A stretch of DNA of 64,000 nucleotides from Lama glama (lineage: Eukaryota), in the NCBI GenBank assembly GCA_028534125.1, contig CM052816.1, positions 60,576,001 to 60,640,000 of the forward strand. The letters are read 5' to 3'. Below are positions 14,276 through 26,620 of this stretch, piece after piece (positions within the stretch are counted from its first letter, which is position 1; each line of letters opens with the position of its first letter). The notes beneath the pieces were generated by a model. It was not told the origin of the DNA. It ran no database searches and saw only the letters and a list, made by a program, of their open reading frames with translations. The translations under genes were made by a program, and so were the position numbers.

Positions 14276-14313
14276 GCTGTTAGAGGAGGAGAGCTGTTAG
14301 AGGAGGAGAGCTG
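14276..14313. repeat. 17-bp perfect tandem duplication
   Basis: gctgttagaggaggaga at 14276-14292 and 14293-14309, followed by gctg. Confidence 0.95.
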
Positions 14314-14845
14314 GGTAGCTTCCAGGTAGGCTGTGAGCTCAGAGCAGGAAGGAGTCTTATCTTTGGTGATGGTACAACACAAGGAGCACCATCAGGCAAT
14401 ATAAACAAGGGAAAACATAAAACCAGACCAAGAGAAAGAATAAACAGGAAGCAAGATACTCCCACTATTGTAGGCTGGTTTAGAGACAAGTTAGAAGAGG
14501 GAGAATGTGTGGAAAGCTCCAGATGGAGAAAAAGTACACCAGCAGCTAACACTTACAGATGAATCCCACCAATACTGTTCCCAAACAGAAGCTATTTTTT
14601 TATTGGGCTCCTTGGGTCAAAATTCATGATCACAGTAATACAAAACAATTTTCCTAAAAGTATAGGCCTCACTGAAGGAAAACTAAATAGAACCAAGTTC
14701 AACCCATTTTCTGATGGGTTTTACTTCTCTATAGACAGTCTTTACATTATGGAGAGAGTACTCAAAGACATACCTAGTTCATATTTCTAAAAGAAAAGTG
14801 TAACAACTTTTTACTTTTTCAGCAAAAGTCATCCTGACTTAATAC

Positions 14846-17200
14846 TGGCAGGATGTTAGTTCTCCCCAACTTCATCTATAAATTCAATGCAATCTCAATC
14901 AAAATCCCAGCAAGTTATTTTGTGTAACTGATAAATTGATTCTGAAGTTTATATGGAGAGACAAAAGACCCAGAATAGCCAACACATTTAAAATATAAGA
15001 ACGAAGTCTAATGGCTGACATTAACCCAACTTGAAGACTTACTACAAAACCATAGTAATCAAAATAGTATGGTAGTGGCAAAAGAAAAAACAGACAAATA
15101 GATCAATGGAACAAAAGAGAGTGGCTGGAAATAGACCACATAAATACAGTCAACTGATCTTTGCCAAAGGCACAAAGGCAATACAATGGAACAAAAATAG
15201 TATTTTCAACAGTGTTGGAACAACTGGACATCTACATGCAAGAAAATGAATCTAGACACAGACCTTCTACTGTTCACAAAAATTTACTCACATTGGATCA
15301 TAGATCTAAATGCAAAACAAAAAAATTTAAAACTAGAACATAGGAGAAAACCTAGATGACCTTCAGTATGGTGATCATTTTACAAACACCACCAAAGGCA
15401 TGATTCAAAAAGCAAATCATTGATAAGCTGGATTTCACTAAAATTTAGAACTTCTTGTCTGTGAAAGATAATGTCAAGAGAATGAGAAGCCAAGCCACAC
15501 ACTGGGAGAAAATATTTATGAAAGACATATTTTTTATGAAGAGCCGTTAACCAAAATGTACTAAGAAATCTTAAAACTCAACAATAATAGAACAACCCAA
15601 TTTTTAAAAAAAGGGCCAATACCTGAAGAGGTACCTTACCAAGGAAGATACACAAGTGGCAAATAAGCATATGCAACAATGCTCCCATGAGACATCATCG
15701 GGCAAATGACAATTGAAACAATGAGATGCCCCTACACACCTATGAGAATGGCCAAAATCCAAAATACCGACAGTACCAAATGCTGACAAGGATGTGAAAC
15801 CACAGGAATTCTCATGAACTGCAAGTGGGAATACAAAATGGTACAGCCATTGCAGAAGAAAGTCTGGCAGTTTCTTATAAAACTAAGCACATTCTTACTA
15901 TATGATCCAGCAATCATGCTCCTTGGTATTATAAACATAACAATGAAGCTGAAAACTTACATATATACAAAGACCTATACACAGATGTTCTTAGTAGCCT
16001 TAGTCTTAACTGCCAGATGTAGAAGGACCAAGATGTACTTCAGTAGTTAAATGGATAAATAACCTAGGGTACATCCAGTTAATGGAATATTACTCAGTGC
16101 TAAAAAAAATGAGCTATCAAGCCATGAAAACACATGGAGGAAATTTAAATGCCTCTTACCAAGTAAAAATGTCAATCTTAAAATATTACATACTGTATTA
16201 TCCAACCTATCTGACATTCTCAAAAAGGCAAAACTATGGAGACAGTAAAAAGGTCAATGGTTGCCACAGGTTAGGGGGGAGGGAAGAATAGGTCGAGCAC
16301 CGGATTTTTAGGGCAGTGAGAATACTCTGTGTGATGCTACAATGATGAATACATGTTATTACAGGCTACCTTAGAGGTATTGCAGGTAGTTTCAGACCAT
16401 TGCAATCAAGCAAATATTCCAATAAAGCAAGTCACATCAATTTTTTAGTTACCCAGTGCATACAAAAGTTATGTTTGCTCTATACTTTATCAGATATGCA
16501 ATAGCATTATGTTTAAAAAACATATGTACTTTAATTTTAAAATTATTTTATTGCTAAAAAATGCTAGCCATCATCTGAGCCTTTGGTGAGTAACAATCTT
16601 TTTTGCTGGTGGACAGTCTTGACTCAATGTTGACAGCAGCTGACTGAACAGGGTGATAGTTTCTAAAGGCTGGGGTGGCTGCAACAATTTCTTAAAATAA
16701 GACAACAGTGAAGTTTACCACATCAACTGACTCTTCCTTTTAAGAAGGATTTCTCTGCAGCATGCATAGCTATTTGATAGCATTTTACCAACATTAGAGG
16801 TTCTTTCAAAATTGGAGTCAATTTTCTCAAACCCTGCTGTTGTTTAACCAACCAAGTTTATATAGAATTCTAAAGAAATTGCCATTTTTAGCAATAAAGC
16901 ATTTTCTAATACTCCAAACATTCAATCTGTAAAAAACACAGTATCTGTGAGGCAGAGTAAATGTATCCCTCTATACATTTATCTAAACTCATGGAATATA
17001 CAGCACCAAGAGTGAATCCTAGGTAAACTATGGACTATGGGCGATTATGATCTGTCACTGTAGGTTCACCAGTTGTGACAAATGCACCACTCTGGTGGGG
17101 GATGTTGACATAGAGGAGGTTGTGCATGTGTAGGGACAGAGGGTATATGAGCAATCTCTGTACCTTCCTCTCAATTTTTCTGTGAAACCATAAACTGTCC
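14846..17200 (+). mobile_element. L1MC1-like LINE (end of ORF2 plus 3' UTR), interrupted by Tigger1
   Basis: Starts 'atgttagttctccccaacttcatctataaattcaatgcaatctcaatcaaaatccca' (similar to ORF2 LPNLIYRFNAIPIKIP); 3' UTR 'caccaagagtgaatcctaggtaaactatggact...ctctgtaccttcctctcaatttttctgtgaaacc'. Confidence 0.9.
16362..16971 (-). mobile_element. Internally deleted Tigger1-family (TcMar) DNA transposon with both ends and TA target duplication
   Basis: Left end 'caggctaccttagaggtattgcaggtagtttcagaccattgcaatcaagc' and right end 'ttcaatctgtaaaaaacacagtatctgtgagg...gtatccctc' match the Tigger1 termini; TA at 16360-61 and 16972-73; the L1 text joins across the insertion. Confidence 0.85.
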
Positions 17201-17329
17201 TCAGTTATGGGGTATTCATCTGCCAAGCAAATCTCCCGCAGGATCCAGTATTTCTCCAATTCTCCTGTAGTGTTTCCCAGGACCCCACTCACACATACAC
17301 ACTTTGGAATTTCATATTAAGTGTCTAAA

Positions 17330-17495
17330 TAGGGTCTATCAAATGAGTTAAATTCTGAAGCAAAGCTGCCAGATTCAAACTATGGCTCTATTCTTTATAA
17401 AAAGACATAAAAAGATAAGTGCACTGTCTTACACTTCTAGGAGGGGTCTGAGTTGGTGCAATGAAAACTGTTTGGCATTAAGTCCTAGGGTTGAA
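17330..17495 (+). mobile_element. MIR SINE (degenerate)
   Basis: 'ttctgaagcaaagctgccagattcaaactatggctcta'. Confidence 0.55.
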
Positions 17496-17587
17496 CTCGC
17501 CCTACATATGATCAACTCCTAGACATAGACACAAGGGAAATGTGACTTTGTGTATGTGTGTATACGTGCGTGCATGTGTTAAGTTTA

Positions 17588-18500
17588 ATGGTCACAAAAA
17601 AACATGCATAAGAATATGCATGGCTGCATGATTCATAATAGCTCCAAATTGAAAACAGCACAAATGTCCATGAATGGCAGAATGAATAAATGGAAGTACC
17701 TTCACACCTTGGGTACAGCAGTGAGAATAATGCTGCCCCACCCCCCAAATTCTACATCCTAATCCCTGGAATCTGAACATTACCTTACATGGCAAAAGGA
17801 TTTTGCACGGTGATTAAGTTGAGATGGGGTGAGTATGCAGGTGGGCTCTGAATACAATCACAAGTGTTCTTATAAGCTGGAGGCATAGGGAGATTGGTTA
17901 CAAAAGAAGTGATGTCAAGAGGAAGCAAATACTGGAGTGATGTTCTTGGAAGACAGAGGAAGCGGCCACAAGCCACAGAGCAGAGCCGGCCACGACAAGG
18001 AAACCGATTCTCCCCTCAGAGCCCACAGAAGGAAGGAGCCCTGCCCACATCTTGACTTCAGGCCCGTGGAAATGATGTCACGCTCTCTCCTGCAGATCTG
18101 GCAGAGAACAAAAGCGTGGGGTTTTAAGCCACTGACTTTGTGGTAAGTTGTCACAGGAGCGACAGGAAAGTCATGCAAGGGGATACTACACAGAAACGAG
18201 AAAGAGCGAACTACCATAACAACAAGCAGTACGGCCCTCACAGTATTTGGTAAGTGAAGCAAGACACAGTGGGACACACTGTGTGAGGGCATTACATGCA
18301 GCTCAAAAGCAGGACTGACTAATGCACAGGGATGGGGCTCAGGACCGCAGGGATCTCTGGGAAGCGACACTGCCTTGCAGGGAGCTGAGGGGGTGCCTGG
18401 AATAAGAGCCTCTTAACACGGCTGCTGGTTACACAGGCATACGTACTCCAGGAAGATTCATAGAAGAGTCACATGTAATACGTATACTTTTTTTCCAAAT
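17588..18500 (+). mobile_element. Old L1 (L1ME/L1MC-type) 3' fragment split by an MLT1 LTR
   Basis: 'ttcataatagctccaaattgaaaacagcacaaatgtccat...gaatgaataaat' continues as 'gatactacacagaaacgagaaagagcgaacta' after the LTR. Confidence 0.7.
17714..18177 (+). mobile_element. MaLR solo LTR (MLT1D-like)
   Basis: 'gagaataatg...catcctaatccctggaatctg...ttaccttacatggcaaaaggattttgcacggtgattaagtt', ending 'gttttaagccactgactttgtggtaagttgtcacagg'. Confidence 0.85.
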
Positions 18501-21453
18501 ACTATACATCAAGATGAGGTTTTCCCCCCCAAGGAAAAGAAAATGTTCTTTGTTTCTTTTTCATCATTAGATCCAAATGAGTCACAAAAGTCGTCCCCCT
18601 TGGGGAAGCACTGGCTGGGAGCAATCCCAGAGCTTGGCCGTTCTCACACAGTGAGGGAAAGGAAGAAAGATAAGGAGGCCACGGACCAGACCTAAACAGT
18701 TGATACGGAAACAGGAAGAAGGAGGTCTCTGGCAAATAAAAACAAACCAGTGCTTCCAGCAGCAGGAAGATGGTATGTTTTTGCAAATCAAAAGACTCTA
18801 TACCTAGATTTTTTTTTCCCCACAAAAAATGCAGTCTATTATTTTATACTAACCAAAGTAGAGTAAGAATTTAGTTGAGAAGTTACAGTGATTCCACTGG
18901 GCAAAGGAAGATGCAAGAGAGTCTGTGGACTCATGCCTAGGGAAGAAGGATGAAGGGGAAAGAAAACGACCACAGAAAAGCCCTGCCCCCCTAACAAGGT
19001 CCAGACGCTGCCACGGGGTCCTCTTTTGTTCTTACCAAGTGAAGGAAGAATAAAAGTATCAGTACTTTGACCCTGACCTGATAGATATTATCAAACATAA
19101 CACCAAAGACCACAGCAGAGTTTAAAACAAATACACAATTCCCCATCTGAGGAAAAACCAACCACCGTTGCTTCCTCTGGCAAGTAAGATCAGAATGAAT
19201 CTGAGTGGAGGGTCACGTCATTCCTATAATTAAGATGAATGAACCCAGAGAGAAGTAGAAGGAAGTAAACTTGAAGCGCGATCGGCAGGGCCACAGCAGA
19301 ATGCATCACACCAAGTCCACAAGGCCTGGCTTCAGGAAAGGAAGGAGAGAGGCAGCAGAAACCAGCACTCGTTCCTTCCGTTATGTTTTTGGAGCCAAGG
19401 GTGTTAAGCTAGATGGAGAGCAACTAAAATAATACAGCTTGAAAAGGCTAGTCAGCCGTGAGGTTGGAAGTGTTCACAGTTCACATGCCGGTACGACACC
19501 CAACTTGGTAGAACACTTCATTTTCTAAAGCTTAAAATCGCTTTACTGCAACACACCCAAGAGCCAAAAGAGGCTCAGTGAAGTTAGGAATCAGAGCTAG
19601 TAAGTCACAAGGTCGGGATTTTTAAACACTCTGGTGATTCTTTTTGTCCACATTTAGCCTCTGGTGAATGAGTGTCTGCATTAATATGCTGATATGAGAC
19701 TGGTTTTAATGTTGCACTCAAACATCAAATTCAAATGTCAAATCAACATTGTACACCTGCATCTCAGTAAATTCATCTGAATTTCACTGAGTTTTCACTG
19801 AATTCATATAATTGATTATAAGTTTATTTAATAATTAAGCCTAAAAGAGAAAGAATTAGATAAATGTCATTTTGGCTTTAAAAATCCATTCTGTTGCTTC
19901 AATATCCCTGAGGGTAACACAGTCAAGCCCCAAACATACGTTTTCTGATGCCTAGAATGTAGCATAATGAAAGATTTTTAAGCTTCAGAAAACTGGGAAT
20001 TTTTTTGAAAATCTGGAACCAAGACATGAAAAACAGTTAAATCAGGGTATTACCTGGGATATCCTTGGTGCTTTTCTAAAAGTATTCACAATTTTAACAG
20101 AAAAAGAAAGAAAAGAATTTCACAGAAAATTTCTGTAAAATTTCTGCAAAAAAATGTTTTGGGTGCCTTTGGGAAAAAGTAACAGAATAAAAGAAAGGGA
20201 ACCCTGAGTTTGAAAAGTAATTGGAGTTCAAGTAAAGAAAATGATATACTTTCTATCTGTGCAGCCAATAATTATCTCTCAAGGTAAATTAGTATTAGTA
20301 TTTATCCCATTTTCTCATTATTTTAAAACGTCAGCATTTTTTAATGTTGTGCTTTCCCTCTGATCATTTAAATTTTTTTGAAACACTACCACCACCCCAG
20401 GAAATAAATTCACTTGTGGTCAAAGGAAATGCATGGCAACTGAAACTCAACTTTTAGGATGTTATTGTTGGTTTAAATGATTAATTGCTAATAAATAGGT
20501 AGCAACAGACAGCCCATCTAAAACCTTAGTGACAGCCAAATGCGCAGCTCACTATGACCAGGGAAAAATGAATGTTTCCCACTCATAAACAGAAGGCCAA
20601 GTTTACACAAAGCAGAAAGCCAACAGCAAATAGGATCCTGATAAGGAACCTGGAAGACTCTACATTGGTTACCACATGCCAGCCACTACTCTTTTCCTTT
20701 TTAGAGAAAAAGAACTGAGGCTCAGAGTCCAAGTGGCTTGCTAGAGTCTGTTAGGTAAGATGGGTTCCAGTATCAGATTCTTTGAGTACTCACGCAATTC
20801 TGACTTGACCAGCAAAGTTCATCAGGACTGAGAGGCTACTGGGATTCTGAGAAGCCTGTTCTCACTTTCATTTCATCCTTAAGCCGTTTGGTGACAGAGA
20901 TAAATTAACACCCACACCACTTCACCAACCAGGAAACAGAAGGTCAGAGAGAGTTAAGTTTGACCCAAGCTGGTCAAACTTTAGCGGTTAAGCCAAGACA
21001 CCAACCTCGTCCTCCATCTTCCACACAGTTTCTACAAATAACAAACACAAGCATGCTGAGAGGCCACGCCATGCACTAAAGCTAGGAACGGCTTTGCGGA
21101 ACTGGGCTTGCATCCCACTTAGTAGTTGCATAATCAGGAATGTCGCTTCATTTTTTTTTTTTTGCTTTTCAGTCTTCTCATCTGTAAAATGGATCTACCA
21201 CACCATCCCCCTTCCTGGGAGAACTAGAATCAAGTGAAGGGTCTGGTACCTATGGGCACTCAGATGGTAGCTATTACTACTGTCAATAACACTGTTGTGT
21301 CTTCATAGCAACTCTCTCACGAAGTATGCTACCGAAAGTCACCAGCCGTAGGGAATCAACACAATAGGGTTCCATGAAGAGTTTGAAAGGCACTGTTCTC
21401 TATTAAGTAAGTGCCCTTGGTCTCCATCACTCCGGATCTAACAGTTTTCCCAC

Positions 21454-21814
21454 TATTATGGGCGGAATTACATCCCCCACAAATTCATATGTTGAAGTCC
21501 TAACTCCCAGTTACTTGAACATGGCCATGTTTGGAGACAGGATCTTTAAAGAGGTCATTAAGGTTAAATCCAATATGACTGGTGTCCTTATAAGAAGAGA
21601 AGATTAAAACACAGACACAGAGGGAAGACCATATGAAGACAAAGGAACAAGATGGCCACCTACAAGCCAAGGAGCTAGGCCTCAGAAGAGAGCAAACATG
21701 CCGGAACCTTCCTCTTGGACTTCTAGCCTCCAGAAGTGTGATCAAATAGGTGTCTGCTGTTTAAGCGACCCACTCCATGATACTGTCTTTTAACAGCCTG
21801 AGCAGACTAATATA
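21454..21814 (+). mobile_element. MaLR solo LTR (MLT1A/B-like)
   Basis: 'aaattcatatgttgaagtcctaactccc', 'ccaatatgactggtgtccttataagaaga', 'ttggacttctagcctccagaa', 'gagcagactaata'. Confidence 0.9.
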
Positions 21815-23004
21815 CCTGCCAAGTGCCACCCTCTCCCCCTTGGCAGCTCAGTGTAGGATGAGGAATACCCAGCTGTGGCTCCCCTATTACCATGTAAGGT
21901 GCCAGAAAATTGTCTGGGCTCACCAATGAGCCGCAAGATGGAACCTGTTATGTACTAGTCATTCTGTTATTGACAGCCCACTGAAGGACCAACCTTTTCA
22001 AGCACTTTCAACATTAGGGGCTAGTTCACAGAACTCCATGAGGAGGGACTGGGATTCAGGAGCAGGAGGGCCCTGGCCTCTTACTACTGTCTTCTTAAGA
22101 GAGACTGGACTCTCTTTAGGTCTCCCTAGAGGGAAACACGTTCAGGCACAGAGACTGGAACCTCCCTGTCAGAACGTCCAGGACCACCACAATGCTTTCA
22201 GACTTGTGGAGGGTGTGATTACAAGGACAATTTACAACAGCTTTGAAAGGCTAACACTGCATTTGCAGTCTCTTGACTTGTAGCAGATTATGATAAAATT
22301 CTAGTGCTATTAATATTACTATTACTATTAGACATTCAAATGAGGTCTTAGAGTAAAGTTCCTTGTGGCCAAAACGTTTAAGACAGTGAATAATTCAGCC
22401 ATGGCTCTTTATAAATCTGAGTTGAATTCCACTGGATCATCTCCCAAGAACTAAATTCCCTTTTCACATAATGGCAATTATTCAAAATGCCTGGTTTGAA
22501 GAATGAAATGGACTAATCGAAGATGAAGAATGTTTATGAACCATTAGTTTGAGGGTGTTATCTGATCATTTTAGAGAACAGAAAAATTACTCTTCCTTCC
22601 CTCATTACTTAGAATACACACTTTCCTAGAAAATTCTACATTTTTTGCAGAATACCATTCAATAAAAGGAAGTTATGAACAATATTCATTATGACAAGTC
22701 ATAAACACTCCTTAAAAGAACATATAGGATAACATGTTTCATTAAGCCCAAATTCTGCCTCTTTTACAATGAATTCAAGTTACATTTCGAGTTATTAAAA
22801 CTGGCCTCCCATTTCACATGGTATTACGAGTAAGAGGTCAGTCTGGGGCTTGGCTCTGTCCTCCAGCTCACCTTGTGACACGGAGTCCTCTCCGCTCTGG
22901 GCGGAGATTACAGTCACCACCACAGGCAGAGATTAGATCATGAAGCTCCGTGTACCCCTCACACCCTCTGTGCAGATAAAGATGCAAAGGACTCTAGGGA
23001 CAGT

Positions 23005-23175
23005 ACAGCACTATTTCTCACAGACATCCCCGGACAGACTCCACCAGTGTCCCAGCGGGAGGCCTGCTGAAAATGCAGATGCCTGGGCTCCCCCTAAATT
23101 TACTAATGTTAGGGCAGCACCCAGGAATCTTCCTATTAAACTCCCCAATTGATTCTTAGACTAAGTATAGTTCAG
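23005..23175. mobile_element. MER5-like hAT remnant
   Basis: 'ctgctgaaaatgcagatgcctgggctccc...caggaatct...aaactcccc..ttgattct'. Confidence 0.65.
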
Positions 23176-23194
23176 GATACCCAAAGCAACATAG

Positions 23195-23430
23195 AGCATC
23201 CGCTCATGCCACAGGGCTTTGGAGTCAGATGCTGCCATTTACAGCATGTGTGACCAGGGACAGTTACTTCACCTTACTAAGCCTTGATTCCCTTCCTATA
23301 TTCTAGAGACAACAACAACAGTACCCACCTCTAAGAGGCTTTGGAGGATGACGCCAAATAATCTACATAAAGCTTTCCACACTCTGCCCAACCCACTGCA
23401 AATATTCAAAAATGGTAGCTATTACTATTA
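23195..23430 (+). mobile_element. MIR SINE
   Basis: 'gggctttggagtcaga...tgtgtgaccagggacagttacttcacctt...aaaatggtagctattactatta'. Confidence 0.8.
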
Positions 23431-25194
23431 TGACATGCAAAAGGGCTCTGAATTTATTAATCAATTTTGGTTGAGTGACCAATTAACCCTTCATTACAGC
23501 AAAGTGAATGTTCTAAGGGAACCATGGAAACATGCCTTCTGATTAAAAATCAGCAAGCTTTGAGTGCTCAGAGTTTAAATAATATTGAACGGTAAATGCA
23601 AGGCATATGGCTATAAGAACACATTCCGAAAATTCAGTTCTGTAGTCAACGATGTTTTCATTTCACAGTATCGCAAATGGGGGTGTCAGAGCAGACTCGG
23701 GAGAACCTGAAACTGTTTCTATGAAACATTATTTGACTTTGCTGCCCAATATCACACCATAGCATTTGACTGTATAATTATGTATTTGGCTCAGTTTTTT
23801 TTTTTATCATTTGTATCTTCTGTTTTTATCTCTAAAAAAAATCCCTATGTAGCAATAAAGCAGAGATTAGAAACCCACCTGGGACTTCAGTGGAACTGAA
23901 GCAGCACATATATTTAATTACGGTGAGGTTTCCAGCATTATCATTCTAAACATGCTCATGCTATACCCATTAAGAACAGGAAAAAAAAGGAAGCTACAGG
24001 GAAATGCAGACAGCACACAGTAAGTTTAATCTTTAGATGATCTCAAATGAATTTGTGCAAGCATAATTCCAAATTACTGCACGTAAATAAAAAGCAGGAA
24101 GTCTGCCCCTCCAATATTCACTCTCCAGAGGTGGTTTCTGGAGCATTTCTGGAATGGGTCCCCATCTGAAAACTAGGTCCCCAGAGGAAATGTGAGCATG
24201 GTGGCAGGGCAGTTTCTGTGGTTTGGTGGTCATCAAACATTCATGGCTTGATCCTAGACCAGAAAGCTCCAGAACCTTCATGCTGGGCTGCGTGATCCCT
24301 CCTCCAAGGCACCCAGCACCCTGAAATATTTGAAATTTCTCTGTTTCCCTGGATGACGGTGAGCTCAACATTCTTACATATAGGAAGAGAAGACACGGGA
24401 CACAAAAGAAGCAAGTGGAGGAGCAGTGAGAAAGAGAGCCATGAGCATCAGAGAGATGTAGAAGGATCGAACAGCAGCCCCAGAGCGTAATCTTGCCTGT
24501 AATTGAAAACTGCGGCACAGTTCTATAGAGGGAGTGATGGTTATTAATTATAATAATGACTACTAATTTCTGAAAAGTTATTTCTTTACTAACATGACTA
24601 AGTGCTTTGCATACATTACTTTATTGTCTTTATAACCACCCATGAGGTCATTGTGAAGATCCCCATTTCACAGAAGAGGAAACAAAGGCTGCACACTTGA
24701 TACTTAGTAAGCACTCAATCCACTAACAAATGAGCTGGTGCCACAAAGTGTACTTTTAGAAGGATGACTTTGACACTCCAGACACATGTGGCAAAATAAA
24801 ATGAGATATAAATGGTTACAGAAAAAAAAAAACAGTACTAAAAAAGTCTGTGTCTTAATCATAAACTTGAATACACTAGCCCCAGAACAAAATTAGAATG
24901 TTGATGAAAGTCAGTCCTTTCTCACTCACCTGCAGCATTCCTGCACCCTATAAAAAATATGGACAAGCTGATGGTGTCGGCATATGTTCACACTTCAGGT
25001 TCCTATAAAAGTCTGTGACTCAAAATATTATGATCTTTATGTTCCAGGACAGCTCCTATTTTATCATTACCTAAAGAGTTCAAACTGGAGCATAGATGAA
25101 CACAGTATTTTCCAGATTTGATCTTTTATATTTAAAAAATGAGTGGCTATTGCTCAACTTAGGACATTCCTAAGCATAACAGAACCATTCCATT

Positions 25195-25345
25195 GGCTGC
25201 ATGAACAGGGCGCGATTGCAAATGGGCATGAAAGATCTTTGAGAAATGATTGAAAATTAGATTATGGTGACGGCTGCACAACTCTATTAAAAATTGAATT
25301 GTATGCTAAAAAAGGGTACATTTTATGGTATATGAATTATACCAA
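25195..25345 (+). mobile_element. L1MB/ME-type 3' end fragment
   Basis: 'tgcaaatgggcatgaaagatcttt...ttatggtgacggctgcacaactct...ttttatggtatatgaattatac'. Confidence 0.7.
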
Positions 25346-25889
25346 CAAATATAAACAACACACCATTGCAACATACCTGTGGAATTCATCCTAAGAAAGC
25401 AGAATTACAGGCTAGGAAAAAAAATAAGTTCTGATCTTGCTCCTCCCAGTCCCTACCCCCCCACATCAGGGTTCCAACTAATAAACCAAGATATTACTCA
25501 AACTGTAAAGTGATTTTCATGAGAATGATCATCCTTCCTTCCGATACTATGTAATACCTTCAAGATTACGCTGGCTTTTGTATTAACTTTTTTTTTAAGG
25601 TATCATTTTTAAGGTTGCTTTTGCCATAAATGCAGTGCAAAATGAGCTTAAAATTAAGAACATTCGTCATGTCAGTGTCACCTTCTTTTTGAATCTGTCT
25701 GCTGGGAATCAAGCCGTCCTCAAAGCACCTAAGGAATTCTTGAAAGGCTGAGAACTTAGTCACTCTTCCTGCACCCCGACATGACCACCTATGAGAAGAT
25801 GCCCATGGAGGGTGGGAGAAATGAGGTGAAGAGCGCTATGCCAGCCACCTTGGGGAAGCCACAAGGCTGTGCATCCAATACACCATGAT

Positions 25890-26620
25890 TTCTGGCAGAT
25901 CTACCCTCCATGAATGTCCAGATTTTGGTCACATGTCACCACTTCTTGGTTGAAGCCATGGTTTTCTTCCTTCTCAGCTGTCGTAACAGCCTCTTCACCC
26001 ATCTCCCTGCTTCCATCCTTCTTCCCTGTTATCTGTTCTCAACACACCAGCTGGCGAGATCCTCCAAAATCTAAGTTGTCTCATGCCACCCCTCTGAACA
26101 AAACCCTCCAGTTGCTTCCCCTCTACTCAGTATGAAAGCCCCCAAACTGGCAGTAGCCTCAAAGCTATACCTCATTCTGGCCCTGATACCTCTTTGATTT
26201 CCTTTCCTACCATGCTGTCCCTCCCTCCACACTAACTTCTTTTTCTTCATCCATATCAAGCACTTTCCCACCACAGGGCCTTTGCATTTGCTGTTTCTCT
26301 GCCTGGAGGGCTAAAAGCTGGGATGTTCAATCCATTCTGCCCTCCACACAAATGTCATCCTACCTGAAAGGCCTTCCCTGACCAACTTATCTAACACACC
26401 ACCCCTCACATACCCCAACACTGTGCTCCCTGCCCCTTCTACCCTGTTTATCTCAGCATTTTCACCACCTGAACATATGTAATTATCTGTGAGTTGCCCT
26501 TCCCAACATTCCCTATACCTGAATGTCAGCTCCATGAGAGGCAAGACTATCTCTAGAGCCTGGAACAGAGCCTGACCCATAGATGGTTCTTAATAAATTC
26601 TTGATGGTAGTGAGTGAATT
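25890..26620 (+). mobile_element. L2 LINE 3' fragment
   Basis: 'aaaaccctccagttgcttccc', 'cagggcctttgcatttgctgtttctctgcctgga', 'gaatgtcagctccatgagaggcaagact'. Confidence 0.85.
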
